A DNA stretch of 64,000 bases from the NCBI RefSeq assembly GCF_009914755.1, contig NC_060936.1. One strand, given 5' to 3'. This DNA is from the human T2T-CHM13v2.0 reference genome, Homo sapiens. The position numbers and the translations under genes were made by a program. Positions 25,700 through 39,802 of the stretch are shown piece by piece. A model generated the notes under the pieces. That model was not told the DNA's origin. It worked only from the letters and a program-made list of their open reading frames with translations, and ran no database searches. Numbering within the stretch: the first letter of the stretch is position 1; every line of letters begins with the position of its first letter.

Positions 25700-27975
25700 A
25701 TAGCAGACTGGAAATCCTAAAACCCTCATCTACCTAAAAATGCTCAGTAAAATATTTAATATTTATTTTTAAATGCATTGCTGACCTGGAAACAAATTTG
25801 TATGAAGCGAAAAATAATGCAAAAGTAAAAATCCATAGAAGTAAGCCAGTGGTGAAAATCCCCCATTTTCCTAAAGTCACCTGCCATTTGCCCATAACTC
25901 AGAGCTTTGGTTTTGTTATTAAATTGGGGCCAAGAAGCAAAGACTAAGACCGTGTCGGCATAGATATCAGAGGTGAAAAGCTTTGACCCACCACATGACA
26001 CTGTTGGTGAAATAGTGAACTAAAAGTATCCCTACCTTGACTTCTACTCCTAGTGGAAGAAAAAATTCTTCCCTGTGCCGGCCACCTCAGAGATTTGAGG
26101 CCCAAGTTTATACTACTCTTGTGTTTGAGATACCTTAAGCTTAGAATTTATTATAAAGTGACCCTTGGTTGGCAGTCTCCCAAGATGCTTGGCAGAAGCA
26201 AATATAAATCTCTCTGGAATAACATGTCTTAAACTTAGGACTCAAAAATTCCCATAGATAAAGTTTTTTGAACATATACTCATGATTACAAAATTGTATA
26301 ACACAAGGAAAGAAGCAACCATGAACACAAATCAGCAAAAATGAAGCCAAAGAAACCAAAACAACCTAACAGACTAAAAAATAGAAATGGCAGACTCAGA
26401 CTCACAAAGATATTATATATTGTAATTATTGAATTATTATATTTAATGTGTTTAAAGAAATAATAAGGTATGAGTATAGAATAAGATTTTAAAAATGAAT
26501 AGGCAGATTTTAAAAGACTCAAATAGAAATTGTAGAAATAAATATAATTGAAATAAAAAAATGAATAGGTTAAACAGATCAGACAAAGCTGAAGAGAAAA
26601 TTAGTGAACAGGAATATATCTGAAGAAATCTAGAATGTAATAAGAGAAACAGATAAAACACTATAAAAGAGATAAAAGCAATATAAAAGAGAAATTAAGA
26701 AACATGAAAAATGCCAGTGAGGCAATATAACAAATGTCTAATTGGGTTCTAGATGAAAAGCAGAGGTATTGCAGAGAGACACTATTTGAAGTGTTAAGAT
26801 CTGAAAATTATCAAAAAATTATATAAGAACATGAATCCCTTGGAATCCTTGGAAACAGGAAATCCAGAAGTTCCAAACAAGTCAAATAAAATGAAAACCA
26901 CATCAAGACGCTTTGTAGTAAAATTTCTTAATACCTAAGACCCCTCCTTCCCCAACCCCAAATAGCTAGAGAGAAAAAACACATTGTTATCTATGGAAGA
27001 ATAATAGTCAAATTGCCATCTAACTTGTCAGAAACAACAATATAAACTAAAAGAACACCAAAAACTGTCTTCAGACTGTAGAGAAAATACTCGTCAACCT
27101 AGTAGTGTGTGCCCAGCAAAATTATGCTTCAAGCTGGAAAATAACATTGAAGTTTTTTTCAGACAAACAATACTGATGGATTTTGATCAATAATATACCC
27201 TAACTATGTGAGAAAGATGAAAAAAACAATTTGTATAAACAATAACAACAATGTCTAATTTTGTTGTTATAATAATGATGTAACTAAAATACTTTGGTAA
27301 ATATATCTTACTGGCTTTAGACTTTTTAAAATTAAATGTGCATGTTAAATTCCTATATTCATGATTAAAATAATAAAGGAAAAGTTTATAATTCTAAATG
27401 AGTTGTGGGCAGAATCCAGAATGAGAAAAACCAGCACAAAAGTATGCAAGAACGAAGATAAAAAGAAACAAACAGAAGAGGGAGAAAGTTTAGGAAACAC
27501 AAAATAAGAAAGTATAAATGAATTAAAATATGTCAGTAATTACAACAAATACATATGGGCTACATTTTTTAGTTAAAAGACCAAATTGCCAGACTGGTTA
27601 AGGAACTCAATTTAGTTATATATTGAATTCAAACGGCACACCTAAAACAAAAGAACTCAGAGAGGTTGAAAGTGAAAGGATGGGACCATAAGCATTAAAA
27701 AAATGCTCAAATTCTAATAATCAGGGTGGTGCAAATAATGATGCCACTAACACACCCTCCAGATGACAAAAATGTAAAGGTTCATGTTTGGCAAGAATAT
27801 GGAACAGTAAAAAATTTATATAGTGCTGGTGGGAATGTCAGTTGGTACCATATATATATGAATATTCATAGCAGCACTAATTATAATAGCCCAAACTAGA
27901 AACAATCCAAATATCTATCATCAAAACAATAGATAAATGTGCTGTATTCATACAATGGAATATTATGCCATAATA
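25700..27975 (+). mobile_element. Ancient L1 (L1M) fragments: 5'/ORF1, ORF2 start and 3' pieces
   Basis: A-rich strand with decayed ORF1 motifs (gctgaagagaaaattagtgaac, tcagacaaacaa), endonuclease start (tcagtaattacaacaaatacatatgggcta) and 3' motif (atagcccaaactagaaacaatccaaat). Confidence 0.75.
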
Positions 27976-28289
27976 ACCAAGATGAGGAATGAAAATGAAA
28001 GAATAAGTGTGCAGGGAAGGTTGAGCCCTGAGTTAGACATGTTGACTTCAAGTTACCTGTGAGGTGGAAGAACCCGGGGATGTATTGCTGATGCTGGAAA
28101 TGTGGACTGGACTCAGAAGCAAAATAAGGGCTTGGGCATAATTCGCTTTGGTGATATAACAAATCAGCAGCAATTTCTGAGAGAAATGTCTTCAAAGTAG
28201 CATGACCTAATCCCACATGGCAAAGATGAGAGTAGAGAAGGATGAAAAAGTGCAAATACCTAGTGTCTGCTAATCTTTTAAGAAGCTGG

Positions 28290-28449
28290 GGCCAGTCACA
28301 GTGGCTCACACCTATAATTCCAGCACTTTGGGAGGCTGAGTGGGAGAATAACGTGAGCCCAGGAGTTCAAGGTTGCAGTGAGCCATGATTGCACCACTGC
28401 ACTCCAGCCTGGGTGACAAAGTGAGACCCTGTCTCAAAAGAAAAAAAAA
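28290..28449 (+). mobile_element. Alu monomer (FRAM-like, or left/right-arm hybrid of an AluJ)
   Basis: Single about 160-bp unit with A tail; 5' gctcacacctataattccagcactttggg, 3' gttgcagtgagccatgattgcaccactgcactccagcctggg. Confidence 0.9.
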
Positions 28450-28728
28450 GGAGGGAAAGTTAAGGAGAGAATAGTAGACTGGAGGAAAATGGAGTCAAAC
28501 TGGTAAAGATTGCTGACATCTATTGGGTGTTTGTTAGAGCTTTAAATAAATTACCTAAATTAATCCTCACCACTCCCTGAAATAGATACTTGTGTTACAT
28601 GCATTTCATAGGTACAAAAACTAAGGCACAGAGAGATGAAGATCACACAGCAAAGTGGTAAAGTCAGGAATTATATATAAGCAGTCTGACTGAAATACAC
28701 TCTCTAAACATTAAATTAAAACATAGCA

Positions 28729-29015
28729 GGCTGGGCATGGTGGCTCATGCCTGTAATCTCAGCACTCTGAGGGGCTGAGGTGGGTGGATCAACTGAGGTC
28801 AGGAGTTCGAGACCAGTCTGGCCAATATGGTGAAATCCCACCTCTACTAAAGACATAAAAATTAGCTGGGCATGGTGGCACAGTTCTGTAATCCTAGCTA
28901 CGGGGGAGGCTGAGGCAGGAGAATCGGGTGGTGGAGGTTGTGGTGAGCCGAGATCGCGCCACTTCACTCCAGCCTGTGTGACAGAGTGAGACCCTGTTTA
29001 AAAAAAAAAAAAAAA
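28729..29015 (+). mobile_element. AluS with a small right-arm deletion
   Basis: Dimeric Alu; cttgaaccc missing after gagaatcg; poly-A tail. Confidence 0.95.
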
Positions 29016-29636
29016 GCAGCAGCAGAGTTCTTGGCTGGCTGTAGTGAGATTTTAGAATGCTTGTAGCATAAATGGAGTGGAATTAGGAGAGCAGTTAAGC
29101 AGAAAAAGAGCAAGATATAGTAGAAAATAGGAGGTGTTGGTAGTTGCCAAAAGGAGAGGTAGGGAGGAAGGAAATGTTTTCCTTTGGAATTAGGAAAAAG
29201 AAAATGTGAAGGAGGTGATTCAACGTTTGGGTGGCAGGAAGTAGTGGGGTTCATTTTGGGTGATTTGGCCCTGCAGTTTGGTAACGTTGAGATCATTTCT
29301 TGAGGTAAAGGTAGACCAGAGTGGCTTAACAGCACTGAGAAATAGCTATGGTTTGAAAAAGCTGGGAACACAGAAATTAAAATAGCAGCAGTGCCATGAA
29401 GTAGCACACTACTGGGGGTTAGAGTCAAATGTCAGCACATAAAGTAAAAGTCACATGCAATCAAAATTACTTTAAAAAATCCCCTAAGTATCCCATAACG
29501 TACAGTATATATGGTTTTTTGTGTGCTGTGCTGTCTTTCTATTAGTCTGACGGAGCTAGCTTTCCTCTAGCAATGAAACAGGGCTGTTTCTTTGGTTGAG
29601 CTCCAGCTGAATGAGTTCACTTGCTTTGGGATCCTT

Positions 29637-29637
<1 letters not shown>

Positions 29638-29686
<49 letters not shown>
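29638..29686. repeat. (TG)n(TA)n microsatellite
   Basis: Seen directly. Confidence 0.98.
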
Positions 29687-29687
<1 letters not shown>

Positions 29688-30294
29688 CCATGCGTGATAA
29701 GACTCTACTCTGGAAGCCTGGCCTGTGTGAACAGACTGGGATGTGAATCCTGGCCTGACCCTATTAGCTGTGTGATGGTGTACAACTTTACCAAATCTTT
29801 CAGAGTCTCAATTCCTGGCATAGATTAGATGCTCGATTGCTAGTGGAAAATAAGAAAACATAAAACTAAATGGTAGGATCAGCTACTACTACCAAATAGA
29901 ACCAGCTGATATGGATAAATTAAAGGAGGATGAACCAAAGACGTGGCCAAGGTTCGGATGTCTGAAGCAGTCGTGAATTATTTGTTCAGGGAGCTCACAA
30001 TATGGGACTTAAAGTAAGAAAGCACAGGGTTAGGTTTACCCAGATTTGAGGATTGGTGTTCATTGCTGTATAGGGTATAGCATAAGGTCAAGAGTATGGC
30101 ACATAGGGCCCTAGGAGGAGAAAGCCTTATAAACAATTGCCTAAGGAGATTACACTGGGTGTTCACAGAGTGGTGGAGAGAGGTAATACCCTGAGAGAAC
30201 AGGAAGGATCAAGAAACTAAATGTCGCACTGACTTTGAAAAGCAAGGTCAGTTGGGATGAGGGAGCAAAGAAAGTGAAATATGAGTGATGACAG

Positions 30295-31181
30295 AGTAGG
30301 GGAACAAAGACGTTTCCTGTACCGTCTTAGATTCTATGGCTGGGGCCTACAAATTAAGCTGAGAAAAACCAGATTAACAGAAGAAATAAAGCATAAAAAT
30401 TTTATTTGATATTAATGTTTTTATGTGGCAGGGAGGGCTTCCTTGAAAGAAGTGAAAACCCCAAAGTAGCAGTTAGACTTGGGGGCTTACATACCATTTT
30501 AACAAAGAATGATAAATTGTGGAGATATGATAAGATGAAGGAAAAAAAGGTTTGGTTTAGGGGCAGTAAATTGTGGGAAAGTGACTAAGAAATATATGAA
30601 GGGCAACTAATGGAAGACAAGGGTTGTTTTAATAAGATTTGTTTAGTTAGGCACAATGGTTCATGCCTGCAATCCCAGCACTTTGGAAGGCCAAGGTGAG
30701 ATTATCACTTGAGCCCAAGAGTTCATGACCAGCCTGGGCAACATAGCGAGACCCTATCTCTATTTAAAATTTTAAAAAAAATTAGCTAGGTGTGGTGGTG
30801 CATGCCTGGAGTCCTAGCTACTTGGGAGGTTGAGGCAGGAGAATGGCTTTAGCCCAGGTGATCAAGGCTGTAGTGAGCAGTAAATGTGTCACTATACTCC
30901 AGCCTGGGTGACAGAGTGAGACCCTGTATCCAAAAAAAATTAGCTTTGTTTATACAGATGCATCTTTGCATCAGTTTCCCATCTCTGGTGATATAAATGT
31001 TTTTCTCTTCCTGGAACAAAGAAGGCATGTTTCTTGTGGGAAATGTATGCCCCAATGGTAGATAGAAAGGAGGAGAGCAGAGACCCCTTTCTGCATCTGC
31101 TGTTTCTCAGTTGCCTTTAGCTCAAAATAATCTGTGAGCCAAAGTGACATATATGGGCATAATATGTTATGATCTCCTTCA
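30295..31181 (-). mobile_element. MER34-family solo LTR (ERV1), split by an AluJ
   Basis: Reverse complement begins tgaaggagatcataacat...ttattttgagctaaaggcaactgagaaacagcagatgcag, matching the MER34 5' end. Confidence 0.8.
30645..30938 (+). mobile_element. AluJ (Jo-like) nested in MER34
   Basis: J-type cacttgagcccaagagttc, gcaacatagcgagaccc; TSD aataagatttgttt / aattagctttgttt (12/14). Confidence 0.92.
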
Positions 31182-31374
31182 ATGGAGTTCATAGACAGCA
31201 TCTGGAAATTGTCTGTACTGATACAGCACTCTTCCTCCCACAGTGATGCCTTCTATGAACTCAGGAATAGTCAGAACCAACAGAACACTTCCTTCCTAAA
31301 CTTAGATTTGAATAGTGTGTCTCAGCATGCCTCTTTGAATATTATTAGAGCCCAATTATTTTTAAGGATGACGA

Positions 31375-31600
31375 CAGTGCATGCTGTTAAGATAATGGGT
31401 TCCGGAACCAAGAGCATAGAGTCTGGAACTATGTTATCTAAGTTCAAATGCTAGCTCTTCCATTGACCAACTATGTGACCATGGACGATTGAATTAACTT
31501 GTCTGTTTCTCAGGTTTTTTTCATATTTAAAAATATAAAAAGAGAGTAAAAGTGGTTGTCGAGAGGCTTAAAGAAATACACTTCGAACTGTGAAGAGCCC
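31375..31600 (+). mobile_element. MIR
   Basis: aagttcaaatgctagctcttccattgaccaactatgtgaccatggac...ctgtttctcaggttt. Confidence 0.7.
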
Positions 31601-34600
31601 TTAGGAAGTGAACAATAATGAGCTGTCATTGTTATGAAAATAATTTTTAAAAAAAAGCTCATTTACTGATAGGTGCTGAACTTTTCCTGGGCTGGTTCTA
31701 GTTTCATTGTCCAGTTTGCTTTTAATCAATGGCATGTACTTTTGAGTTTGCTGGCTAAGAGGAAAAGGGCCATCTGTGGCCACAGAGCACACTGTGCTCT
31801 CTGTTAAGGAAACAGCTCTGGGTGGGATGAAGGGTAGCTCAGGAGTGCTGTGATCAGAGCAACTGAGAAATGCTACTATCCACAGACACCCTTTGTCACC
31901 ACAGGGACAGATCTTTTTCCCCACTTTTTTTTTTTTCTCCTAGAGACATTTTCATTCTTTAACAGGAAATCTATCTGTCCCCTGCTCCTGAGTTACTCTT
32001 ATAGGGAGACCTGTACAATCACATCTATTGTTTTTGTTTGTTTGTTTGCTTGCTTGTTTGGTCATAATTTTAACCCTTTAAAACATGTGTACAGTTTGCA
32101 ACATAATGACTGTTTCTGTAACATCCATCACTCTGACGGAGATAATAATAAGGAATTATCTCTTGCCCAGAAGAAGGAATGAATAATTTAACAGGAAAAA
32201 TTAGATCCCTAGTATAAATTTCTTCAAAGAGATTTTCTGAATTAAATTTGAGGTAATCTGTTTGGTGTAAAAGAAATTAACCCTTTCTTTGTGTTCCAAG
32301 CTCCTTGGAGGATTGTTCACATGTTACATGAATGAAGCTGAAACAATTAGGTATCATCTGTGTATCTAAAAGCATCCATACAAGATACTCTTATTATGTA
32401 AAAAGTCATTTGAATGGTTATTGTAACAACCTGTCTGGCTCAGATGTCTAACCTAGGCCCCTGTGTATAGTCTTTAAAAATGCCATTCACAGTATAGATT
32501 CCTAAAGCTATAGGGCTCTGAAGCCACATCACTTATGATTCTTATTGATTGGAAAACCAAACTGCTTTGATTTCTTTCACAAGGTTCAGAAACTGACTCT
32601 GATGAGACCTCAGCATTGTATGCTCTTAATGTTAGCATGGGCCAGAAGCCAGTTTTGTCATGCATTTTTCTTATGTACTGACAGTATTTGCAAGTGCTTC
32701 CTAATGAAAAATAGGACAGGAGAAGCCATTAAAAGATATTGGTATTGTCAAGCTCCATAATGGTTAAGGAAAATGTGGAGGCCTCAGTGAAATTCAAGTT
32801 TAAACAAAGAGGAAAGATGATTTATAGTTTAATGAACCATTATAATTTTTGACTTTAGAATTCCTTTTTGAACTAGAAATCTGGAGTGCAGTAGCCAGGT
32901 AGTGGTAGTAAAAAGTTTAAAGAGGAAAAGATGTTTTCAGTTTCAGTATCTCTTTTAAATCATGTCTCAAAATAAGGAATGGAGGTTTGAGTCTGCAGCT
33001 GGGAGGTCAAAAGGCCAAGGGAGAAGAGGTTCCTTTTGATTGTAAACATATGAATTAATCATGACTCAAAAATGGAGTCAAGAGATTGTCTGCGCTGGAA
33101 AGGGAAATAAAATAAAGAAAAATTATTTATTTGTATAAACACACACATATGTATCTATATACACACATGGTACAAATATGTGCTCATACCCACCATCTAG
33201 CTCCTGAAAATCTTTGACCACATGTAAGTGTATAAGTAACACCAATTCAACACCTGAGAAGAAAAACCACATTCATATTTTCACCTAGGGCTTGATTTAT
33301 TTATATTATTTATTTAGTTATAGAATTTGGGTTTAAGCAGAAGTCTTAACAGATTTTAATACAAAAGGCTTTCCTTAACCACTATTTGAACACAAAATCT
33401 GGTGTATTTTAGAAAGCAAAAAGTAAATTAAATGCCATGTGAGTTTTTATGTGACAGAGCTTTTAGAACTATAAAGAGGGCAAATAGCCACAAAGGGACA
33501 TCGAACCAGTAGGAGGTTAACCCTGTGGTAAACTGGGTTCTTCCTCATTGCTTTGAAGTTTTTTTCTTTTTAAAATTGTATTTATCTGTCATCTATGTAT
33601 CTAATCTTCTGTGTATACCACAGTGTGACATACAAAGACATGGGAATCTCATTTCTACATACTTTACTCTTTTTATTTTTTTCTTCCAAATTAGACTCTC
33701 AGAATTTACAACTCAGAATACTGACTCTAGTCAATGTGGTCTTGGGTTAGTTCTCCCTCACAATTACTGGCTACTCCAGAGGGCTGGGGTCAGAGGCTTG
33801 ATTAAAGAAATTATAGCTTCGGGTCCCCTCCAATAAACCATGTCAGGCTTTAGGCAACCCAAAACAATGCTCCCTGTTTTAACCCATAATGGGCAGTTGA
33901 GTTCAGTAAATGGCCTAATCACTGCAGCATAAATATTTATGGGAGAATTTTTCCAATTAAGGTAGAGACTTGTTTAGATGCTATCAGTTTAGAGAGGACT
34001 TTCCAACAAGAAAATTACTGTTAAAAGACATCAGGAAATGGTTAAACTCCAGAAGGCTAAAAGGTCAGTGAGTCTGCAATGTGCAAAGCCTGCATTCATA
34101 GTAATGCTGTCTATGTGCATTAAATCCTCCCCCTACCCTTTTAAAAGGGGATTTAAAATTAGCCCTTTGTACCTAGGGAAAAAATATTGGTTCATTCATA
34201 TAAAAAATATTTATGTTGAGAAATAAAAATGTGGGGCAATGGCTCAACCATACATAGTGTTATCCCAACTCTTACAGCGTACACATAGGTCTTGCTTGTT
34301 TGCTGGGTCCAGAGTATGGAGGGTAGTGACGATAATGGCACTGAATGGTTTCCATAGTAGGTGCTGTCAGCATGGACTTCAAGGATTCCTGTTGCATGCA
34401 CCCTAGAAAGAGATGTAAATATGCAATTTGTAAGTCATATTACCAAGAAAGAGCTTTATAAAATCTGAAATGTGGAGTACAGGCAAAAAAACTCCCAGCG
34501 GAGGAGAGTATGTGATCTCAATGGAAATTCATTAATCTACCAAACAGTGTACATGCGTATCTGCCATATGGTATTTTACTCTAAAGGAAAACATGAGAAA

Positions 34601-37600
34601 GTGGGAAAAACAATCCCTATAGAATGTGAACACAAAGTACCTTGGCCTGAAAATAAACATACTAAGTTTACAGCAGAAGAAACGCAGGAGAGTATCCTAC
34701 ATTGTGCCATTAGAACTGAGAAGGTTTGAGAAGCACTACCATGTGATCTTGATTCTCCCTGGGAAAAGGAATAAAGTATTAAAGATTAAGGTTATTTAGC
34801 AACAATTTCAGCAGAAAGCTGTGATGTAATATGTAGCATAAACCACAAAAGATGGAGAAGGTTGGTCTTCTATATCAGGATAGCTCTAATTTGTTTAAGC
34901 CAAAAGTACTAACAGCCCTTTCCAAGACACAGCTGTGGCAAACCAAAAGTCAGTGAGACACCTGAAAAAATATGCTACTATAAAAAGAGACATCTGCCAT
35001 TTCACATAATTAAACTGGAAGGCAACTGACTCAGAGCCCCTACTCAACTCCCACATTCACCCCCATTCTCAACATGAAAATCTTAAGAATCTAGAAAAAA
35101 AAATGTGCCTCTGATCTCAACACCCCAACAGTGACACTTGGCATTGCCCTAACTGCGCTTTTCACTGGGGGTTTGACCAAACCAGTGCTTGGAACAGCAC
35201 AGGGAACGAAGCCTGAGGATTCTCTGAGCATCCTTTCAACCAGGAAGAGTGTACACCTGTAAATGCACAGCGTGGCTTCCAGTGAGAGCCAGTCTGTGGC
35301 AACTCAGGGTTGTCAGGGCTGACTCAGGTTCTGCACAGCAAGCCTCTGGGACCTGAGAGAATGTGGGCTGGGTTATCTTCTCAATGCTTGCCCCTCACTG
35401 GGGTTGGCTTAGGTGACAATAAAATGGACATTTCAAAATTTTCTAATAACTGTCATTCCTACCCCTCTTTATGGCCTTAAAATAACGTATGTTCTTAGAT
35501 TTCCCCTTGTATTTTATATGTTCAACTTAATATTAGCTGTTTCAGAACTGACTTTGTCTAGAGAAGGAAGCTGAAGCACCCATCTGTGGGTAGAAGAACT
35601 CTCTTCATTTCGGCTTGATGAACTGTAAGACTCTATGGCCGGGAAGGGAGCCAGTTATACAAATCTAAGCAGATTTGTATTCTACTCAGACTCTTACCCT
35701 ATTATGTAAAAGCTATGTTTATAGTTCGAGAACTCAAGTTTCTACTTAAAAGAGGTAATGTTTTATAATATGGAAGATAGGAATCAGTTCTGATCCTGAT
35801 CGTTACCCTTTTCTCTGAAATGTTGACTAACCTAGGTTTAGAGGCAGCTACGCTGTTTATGCTGTGTTTGGTTCATGAACTAGCAGCAGGAAAATAATGG
35901 CATTCCAAACATTCTGCTTCTAGAGTACATCACTAATATATGTGGAGATTGGAGATTTGGATGAGTTTGATCTGCTTTTCTGATTTTCTATCTAAGGATA
36001 TTTTAGAGCTCAACAAAATGATGTTGATAACTGCTTAAGGAAAATGGTATATAAATATGATAAGTTGAAGATCCATTACTAATTAAGAAAAGGAATAACC
36101 TTCCTTCTACATTATCATAGGTCTGTTTAAAGAAACCACCACAGACAATTTTAAGAGCTCTGACAGCAATGCTAGATTATCATGATTATCACACTGAGGC
36201 TTTGGTGGGGGGTGATTTCGTTCCTTGTCTCTAGCTAATGCATATTGCAGTCTTGACCATCTGTAATACACGGTAATGCTTCCTTTTCCTAACATAAAGT
36301 CTTCAGCATGAGTATTAATTCAGGAACTTTTCAAAATGGGTATTTTTTATTATAAACACTGTAATCTGTCATTTAAAAATAAGCCCACAGATTACAAGAG
36401 CAGACAGAATGTTCTTTGGGTTGAGTGAATAGAATGCAGTGGCACCTCTCTATTCAGACAGCTTTCCAAGTGGTGCTTTTCACATGCTTAAGAGAAGGAA
36501 TGACAAAGAAGACACGCTGGATTCAACTCTGATGTGTCATCTGAACCCAAATGTTGAAGAGACAGTTATTCTTGCTGGTAATGCTGTGATTTGAAGTGGA
36601 CTGTTAGTCATGTGTTTCATTTTTTTGCGGTGGCTGTGACTAGCCCAAAATAAATAACTAAACCTCCAAATCATAAACAAAATAACAAAACCAGGACATG
36701 TATGAGATGTCATAGGAAGTCTATTAGTTGTATGTAAATAAATGAACCTGTCTGAGACTCACACTGAGCCAAAGCAACGCCTCCAGTCTACGGTAAACTA
36801 CACTGGCAAAATGGTTTTGAATGAACTGTTTACTCTCATAATCCAAATTAATTCTATTCTAAGGCTTTGGGCATCATTTAGTGCAGTTATGAAAATAAGC
36901 AGTGCTCTGCATACCCAGAAAAATCAGGACTAGACTAGAGAACTTAGGGTGAGAACTTAGTTATTCAATATGGTCCTTCCTTTTTTTTTTTGCTTTATTC
37001 TTTTTGGTTTGTTCTCATGAAATCTACCATTTATGAGGAAAGTCTGAATTTATTTGCTCTTAGCATAAGTTAGTGCTATGTTGATCAAGTGATATAAAAG
37101 AAAAAATAGTTTGTATATAGCTGATTGAATTGAATGCAAATTTTGAGAGTAATCTTGAATTGCTCATGCTTTGATGAATGGGCTTAACATCTTACACCAC
37201 TTAACATATTACTTTTCAGTCATTTTCTATTTTATCCCATGAATGGATTTCTTTTTCTCATATTACATCATTTTATATAGATTCAGTTATAGCCACTAAT
37301 AAAAACACAGACAACACAAAAGGGCATTGTAGTGAAAAAACTCAATCCTAATTTTAATAACATGTGACATTACTAAGATACTACTAAAATAAGTCCCAAA
37401 TTGACCTGCTTTTGTTTGCAACATACTACTTGAAAAACTAAACCTACAATGCGCAATACTAATACTATAGTTGTGCAGTACTTCAAATTTTTTGAAATTG
37501 TTTTATATCTACTACTTAAAAATATCTCCCAGAACAAGCCTGTATGAAAAAGACCAAATGATGTTATGATGTTTTGGAGGTAATGTACACTTGATTCTCT

Positions 37601-38489
37601 CTATCAGAATTTCTGATGGCTAACGGCTAAGACTGATTTTTAATCAAATCACTTGATATTGTAGCCACTTGATGGGAATTAGATTTGTGGTCAGTGCCAT
37701 GTTAAAGCGAAGCTGCTAGATCACCAAAATGTCTCTAAATAAGGAAAACCTACATATTTTTTCCATAAGTAAGTGGCATAAAAATGACATACATGATGTC
37801 TGAAACTCCAGATGATCTGCTGGTGTTTAAGATGGATAGCATGATGCCAAGTAGTGGGTTTTAATCATTTTAGGGAAGTGGGGGTTGGAGGACTCAGTTT
37901 GAAGTTTCTGAGACAAAAGTTTATAATCCAAAAGTTGGCACTTTGGATAATTGTGGCACAGACGACATTGCTATAATTCAAATACTTCACAACTAAGGAA
38001 TGTGTGTCTGGAAATTTCCTTCTGAAGTGAATTGTTCCTGATGCTGATAAATGCAGTGCTGAGAGTTCCACTCTGCCTCGCAATTTCCCTTGCTCCATGG
38101 CTAGTCAGACTGCGGATGAGAAGTCATGTATTCAGACAGCTGGAGCCTCCCTTCTTAAGACCTTTCGAAAGCATCCATCTTTCACTTCTTTGTACACCTG
38201 CTGACAGTTTCTTAAATGGATCAATGGTTTCCTTACTACTCTACAGAACTGATGACAGTTTTCAAGGGAGTATGAAAAATATCCCAGCCTTGAAGTTGTT
38301 TATGCCAATATTCACAGTTGATAAATTGGGCTGTCACTATGATCCTACCATAGAGAGCAAAAAGGGGATTTAGTAGTGGTGTTGATCACAGCGATACAAG
38401 GCACAAACTGATCCTACATCCATTACCAGATTTCTGCGTTTGCCACCATCTGTTGTTCTCCATCTCTGCTGAAGGTAGGAACAAAAGGC

Positions 38490-38625
38490 CTAACCTGCAA
38501 CAAGAAGGATGCAGGTTTTGATGTAGAGGAAAGGCTGTCTGGGAAATCAAGGCTGTTAAATCCTGAACTAGACACCTGAGGGTGTTTATGGGCCCTCCTT
38601 ATGCTGTACGGTTTTAAATATAAAC
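38490..38625 (+). mobile_element. L3/CR1 3' fragment
   Basis: ggatgcaggttttgatgtagaggaaagg...aaggctgttaaatcctgaa resembles the CR1 ORF2 C-terminal region. Confidence 0.45.
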
Positions 38626-38803
38626 TGGAAATGCTACTGTCTGGGGACTAGTTTATTAAACATTGTTGTTGGAAGACAGGTGAAGACACAAAACGGCCTC
38701 TCAGTGATTGTTTCATGATTTGGGTTCTTCATTGTCCTCACTTCCAAATGACTGAAATGTGTGGATATGCAGGCTAGATTACAGAGTTTAGAATATATGA
38801 TGC

Positions 38804-39802
38804 AACTAAAGAGGTTTTGCACAGCAAAAGAAACTATCAGCAGAGTGAACAGACAGCCTACAGAATGGGCGAAACATTTTGCAAACTATGCATCTGACAA
38901 AGGTCTAATATTCAGCTCCATAAGGAACTTAAACAAATTTACAAGAAAAAAAAACATTAAAAATGGGCAAAGGACATGAACAGATGTTTTTCAAAAAAAA
39001 GACATACATGGGGCCAGCACTCATATGAAGAAAAGCTGATTATCACTGATCATTAGAGAAATTCAAGTCAAAACCACAATGAGATGCCATCTCACACCAG
39101 TCAGAATGCCTATTATTGTAAGAAGTCAGAAAAATAAGAGATGCTGGCGAGATTGCAGAGAAAAAGAAATGCTTATACACTGTTGGTGGGAGTGTAAATT
39201 GGTTCAACCACTGTGGAAAACGGTGTAGCAATTCCTTAAAGACCTAAAAACAGAAATACCATTCGACCCAGCAATCCCATTACTGGCTATATACCCAAAG
39301 GAATGTAAATCCTTCTGTCATAAAGACACATGCATGCATATATTTATTGCAGCACTATTCACAATAGCAAAGACATGGAATCAACCTAAATGCCCATTAA
39401 TGGTTGACTGGATAAAGAAAATGTGGCACATAGACACCATGGAATACTATGGAGCCATTAAAAAAAAGCAAGATCATGTCTTTTGCAGGAATATGGATGA
39501 AGTTGGAGGCCATTATCCTTAGCAAACTGACGCAGGAACAGAAAACCGAATATGGCATGTTCTCACTTGTAAGTGGGAGGTAAATGATGATAAAGATGGA
39601 CACAAAGAGGGGAACAATAGACACTGGGGCCTACCTGAGTGTGGAAGGTGGGAAGGGGGAGAGGATCAGGAGAAATAACTAGTGGGTCCTAGACTTAATA
39701 CCTGGGTGATGAAATAATCTCTACAACAAACCCCCATGACACAAGTTTACCTATGTAACAAACCTGCACATGTACCCCTGAACTTTAAAAGTAAAAAAAA
39801 AA
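38804..39802 (+). mobile_element. 5'-truncated primate L1 (L1PA15/16-like) with poly-A and a perfect 14-bp TSD
   Basis: ORF2 C-terminus ([18 protein letters not shown]; FIAALFTIAKTWNQPKCP), 3' UTR and A tail; agaatatatgatgc at 38790-38803 and 39803-39816. Confidence 0.96.

Larger units (their letters stand above)
27990..29420 (-). mobile_element. L2 relics interrupted by Alu elements and a MIR
   Basis: gagttagacatgttgacttcaagttacctgtgag; purine-rich antisense L2 body. Confidence 0.5.

Noticed and set aside
38010-38019. Palindromic NF-kB-like site GGAAATTTCC
   Set aside because: A single 10-mer with no supporting cluster; not distinguishable from chance
38761-39624. ORFs with FCTAKETI / FIAALFTIAKTWNQPKC (also at 58414-58632)
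   Set aside because: Broken L1 ORF2 C-terminal fragments
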